NCBI GenBank assembly: GCA_037137755.1
Contig: JBAXJR010000002.1
Coordinates: 1-64,000, forward strand
From: Methanomicrobiales archaeon
GTDB lineage: Archaea > Halobacteriota > Methanomicrobia > Methanomicrobiales > Methanospirillaceae
Length of the DNA stretch: 64,000 bases
Direction: 5' to 3'
A model generated the notes under the pieces. It did not search any database, was not told the origin of the DNA, and was given only the letters and a program-made list of their open reading frames with translations. Each line of letters opens with the position of its first letter. Position 1 is the stretch's first letter. A program made the translations under genes and the position numbers. Positions 60,892 to 64,000 of this stretch are shown in pieces.

Positions 60892-61799
60892 GCTAAGGTC
60901 CCCCTGTTCTGTTGGGTGCCCTCTCTCCGGAAAGGAACTCAACCCCCGCCTCATAACCGGTATTGACCCGGATCAGCTGGTCGAGGGATGAAGTGAACTT
61001 CTGGGTCACATAAGGCACGATCTGATTACGGTAATTTTTCGGCATATTTGATTCACCAGGATGAACACTGTCCTCCTATGACTATCCAGCATCGTTACTC
61101 CGCGTAAATGTTATATAATCGCGCTATCGGGATGGTGATATAATTGTCCGGGGACGCGAATGGTTGAACTCCGGAGTGTACTACATCAACCCCCGTGGAA
61201 AGCTGGCACTATTACACCCTGCCAGATTTTTACCCGGTATAAATCACGAGGAATGTATTGATCTGCAGAATGGAGGGGTCCCTGGTCCCGGTGAGTGGGT
61301 CACGAAAATACCGTTGGATAACTTTCCCGGGGTAATTTTCACAATTCATGTCAATATCTTTGCTCTTCCAATCCGTTCAATATAGTATATCCCGACATCA
61401 CTATGCCACCAGGGGCAGGGTGTTACCCCCAATATACCAAACCCCTTATGCAGGACTATTTCAGCAGGAAGTGAATGGAAAACCCCCTTTCACGCTACGA
61501 TTCCTACTCTGCTATATTGTTTCCTGGTCGCCTGGTCTGGTTACCAGGTTTTGCGATATATTGAACCTGCAAGTGTAATTATTCCCATTTTTATCGATAA
61601 TCAGGTGTAATCCCGTGTGTTGAATATAAGTGAAGCTGTGGGGTATGATGGAGAAGAATACTACCCTTAACCAGGGTCAGTTGCAATCGGACTCCACCTT
61701 ACACGGGTATTACAAATAATTTTTTCCCGATCCCTGCAGTTCCGGCACATCTGGCCCTTGAAAGGGTTCTATCCAGATATCGGAATGTTTTGAGAGTTA

Positions 61800-63140
61800 A
61801 TGACAGATAAAAATACGGAGGGAATCATGCAAAAAAAATCAATCATATGGGGTATTATCCTGATAATACTCCTGTCGTTTGTCGGGTTTACAGCAGGGGC
61901 TGTTAACACGACCACCAGTTCAAGTAGTTCGGCTGATCCGACCTCACTTGTATATGTTACTTCAGTCAGTATGGACCCTGAGGTATTTTTCCCCTATGAA
62001 GAGGGTACGGTTACCATCACGCTGGCGAACAAAGGTGATACGGCCATAGGGCTTGAAAATCCTCAAATTCTTAGCAAGAATGTCCACATTACGAGCGATG
62101 ATGCATGGAATACCGTCACCTACATCGGACCGGGAACTGAGGCGACCTACACAATCCCGATCACAGTTGTACCCCCGGAAGGGACCTATTATCCGTTATT
62201 CTCTCTGGGTACCAAAACCGGGCTGAGTATTCATTACCCTATCACCGTGAAGATCGATTCGACAGATCTCGAGGCATTAATTTCAGGTGAACCTGATACC
62301 TTTGCCCTTTCTACTAAAGAGACTGTCAACCTGACCCTTATCAACCCACGTTCCGGTGCACTCGATGATATCCTGATCAGTGCTTGTGGAAGCGGTCTTG
62401 AAGTCAGCCCTTCCCAGAAATATATCAGCTACCTGGGCGGGCAAAGTTCGACCGTAATCCCGTTTTCGGTTACTGCCCGCCAGGATTCAAGTCTTACCTT
62501 TAATATCAGTTACCGGAACGGGGATAGCAAACATGCGGTTGACCTGGTCATTCCCGTCACTATTGGTGCGGACAAGACCGCGGCAGTACCAATCGTCAAT
62601 AATATTGCACAAACCCAGAAGGGGTCATATTATGACCTCACCGGGGATATCACCAATGCAGGGATCACCGATGCAAACGGGCTCGTGGTGACTACCGGGT
62701 CTCCGGCACAAGGTACGGGGACATACCCGGAATATGTCATCGGATCCCTGGCATCCGATGATTCTTCGAGTTTTGAAGTGACGTTCACCACCACGGATCT
62801 CTCATCAGTACCCCTGGTCATAACATGGAAAAATGAGGATGGCGATGATTACAAGGTAACAAAGGTCCTTAACCTCAACTCGGCATCAGGTTCCGCCAGT
62901 TCAGCAGCAGGAACAGGATCCGGTACAGCATCCGGATCATCCACCGTGCAGGCAGGAGGTCCGGGCGGGGCTCCTCCGGGCATGGGTGGCCCCAGTGGCA
63001 GCACCAGCTTGTTCAGCAGTAGCAAAGGGAACGGCATCAGTTCATTCTACCCGGTAATTGCAGCAGGTATCATCGTCGTGATTGGTATCGTGCTGTGGAC
63101 GAAACGAAAATGGCTCTCGGCGAAGCTGAAGAAAAAATGA
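61800..63140 (+). CDS. COG1361-like (S-layer-family) membrane-anchored Ig-repeat protein associated with an ABC exporter
   Basis: Signal peptide; GDITNAG, YVIGSLASDDSSSFEVTF; Gly/Pro linker; C-terminal TM + KRK. Confidence 0.78.
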   Translation: MTDKNTEGIMQKKSIIWGIILIILLSFVGFTAGAVNTTTSSSSSADPTSLVYVTSVSMDPEVFFPYEEGTVTITLANKGDTAIGLENPQILSKNVHITSDDAWNTVTYIGPGTEATYTIPITVVPPEGTYYPLFSLGTKTGLSIHYPITVKIDSTDLEALISGEPDTFALSTKETVNLTLINPRSGALDDILISACGSGLEVSPSQKYISYLGGQSSTVIPFSVTARQDSSLTFNISYRNGDSKHAVDLVIPVTIGADKTAAVPIVNNIAQTQKGSYYDLTGDITNAGITDANGLVVTTGSPAQGTGTYPEYVIGSLASDDSSSFEVTFTTTDLSSVPLVITWKNEDGDDYKVTKVLNLNSASGSASSAAGTGSGTASGSSTVQAGGPGGAPPGMGGPSGSTSLFSSSKGNGISSFYPVIAAGIIVVIGIVLWTKRKWLSAKLKKK

Positions 63141-63151
63141 AGGGATTATCG

Positions 63152-63832
63152 ATGTTTGATAGACCCCTAATCCAGCTTACTGATGTCTCCAAGGTATACC
63201 ACCTTGAAAGTGGGGACTTTTCAGCGCTTAACCATGTATCGCTGGATATAATGGAGAACGAATTTGTCGCTATCATGGGTCCTTCTGGTTCCGGAAAATC
63301 AACCATGATGAACCATCTGGGTATCCTTGATGTCCCGACATCAGGTGAGCTCTTTATCGATGGAAAAAACGTGGCACACATGACAAACCTTGAACGGACG
63401 CATATGCGGAGGGATATTATCGGGTAAGTATTCCAGAAATTTTACTTAATCCCGCTCCTTTCCGCATATGAGAACGTTGAATACCCGCTCATCCTGAAAT
63501 ACAAAAAACGGGACGCGACCGGTAAAGCAGCAGCAGTTCTCAAATCCGTAGGGCTTGACAAGGTGATGGGTGAACATCGCCCCAACCAGCTTTCCGGGGG
63601 CCAGCAGCAGCGTGCGGCAATCGCACGGGCCCTTGTCAATGACCCGAAGATTATCCTCTGCGATGAACCGACAGGTAACCTGGACCGGAAAACAGGGTTC
63701 CAGATCATGGATATCCTCTGCGGATTGCACGAAGAGGGAAAGACCGTTATCCTGGTGACTCATGACCCGAAGATTGCAGAGTATGCACACCGCACGATAA
63801 TACTGGAAGATGGGAGGATCGCGAGCTCATGA
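63152..63832 (+). pseudogene. MacB/LolD-type ABC ATPase interrupted by an in-frame TAA at 63425-63427
   Basis: [40 protein letters not shown] all in one frame. Confidence 0.85.
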
Positions 63833-64000
63833 GAGATATTTTCTTCGATTTATCCGTCAGGAGTGTCCGGCTGAACTACCTGAGATCAATCCTCGCATCA
63901 GTAGGGATTGTAATAGGTGTTGTCGCCATTTCCGCAATGGGAATGCTCGGGACTAATATGCAGCTGGAAGTAAAAGACCAGCTGTCCGCAGGTGCTAATA
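63829..64000 (+). CDS. MacB/FtsX-type ABC permease (5' part, runs off the window)
   Basis: MRDIFFDLSVRSVRLNYLRSILASVGIVIGVVAISAMG; ATGA overlap with the ATPase stop. Confidence 0.85.
   Translation, partial: MRDIFFDLSVRSVRLNYLRSILASVGIVIGVVAISAMGMLGTNMQLEVKDQLSAGAN

Overview
A 64-kb accessory-type region of an archaeal genome, most likely a Methanomicrobiales methanogen. This assignment is inferred from a DUF3821/PGF-CTERM S-layer-type glycoprotein, PKD/PQQ surface proteins and archaeal TATA-like promoters. I see no rRNA, tRNA, CRISPR array or intact mobile element. The window holds many secreted or lipid-anchored hydrolases (GH26-like, M3, C1A, two serine hydrolases, metallophosphoesterase, transglutaminase-like), cytoplasmic PepN, a flavodoxin/TetR/dapB cluster, a sulfonate/nitrate-type ABC importer, a DtxR-linked Ni/Co ECF transporter, a small siroheme reductase, an HdrE/HdrD-like pair, a VTC-DUF4956-DUF4353 operon and a MacB-type ABC operon, plus many pseudogene remnants (IS110, Isf, AbrB, vWA, VIT-like). 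Top leads: (1) the VTC/DUF4956/Cthe_2159-like operon as a candidate prokaryotic polyphosphate synthesis/export module; (2) a cytochrome-b-type HdrE/HdrD-like pair in a lineage regarded as cytochrome-free; (3) a circularly permuted SsuA/NMT1-type binding protein; (4) a family of structured intergenic repeats with a compensatory base change; (5) a shared 16-bp inverted operator for the DtxR/ECF locus. All family assignments come from motif recognition by eye, not database searches.
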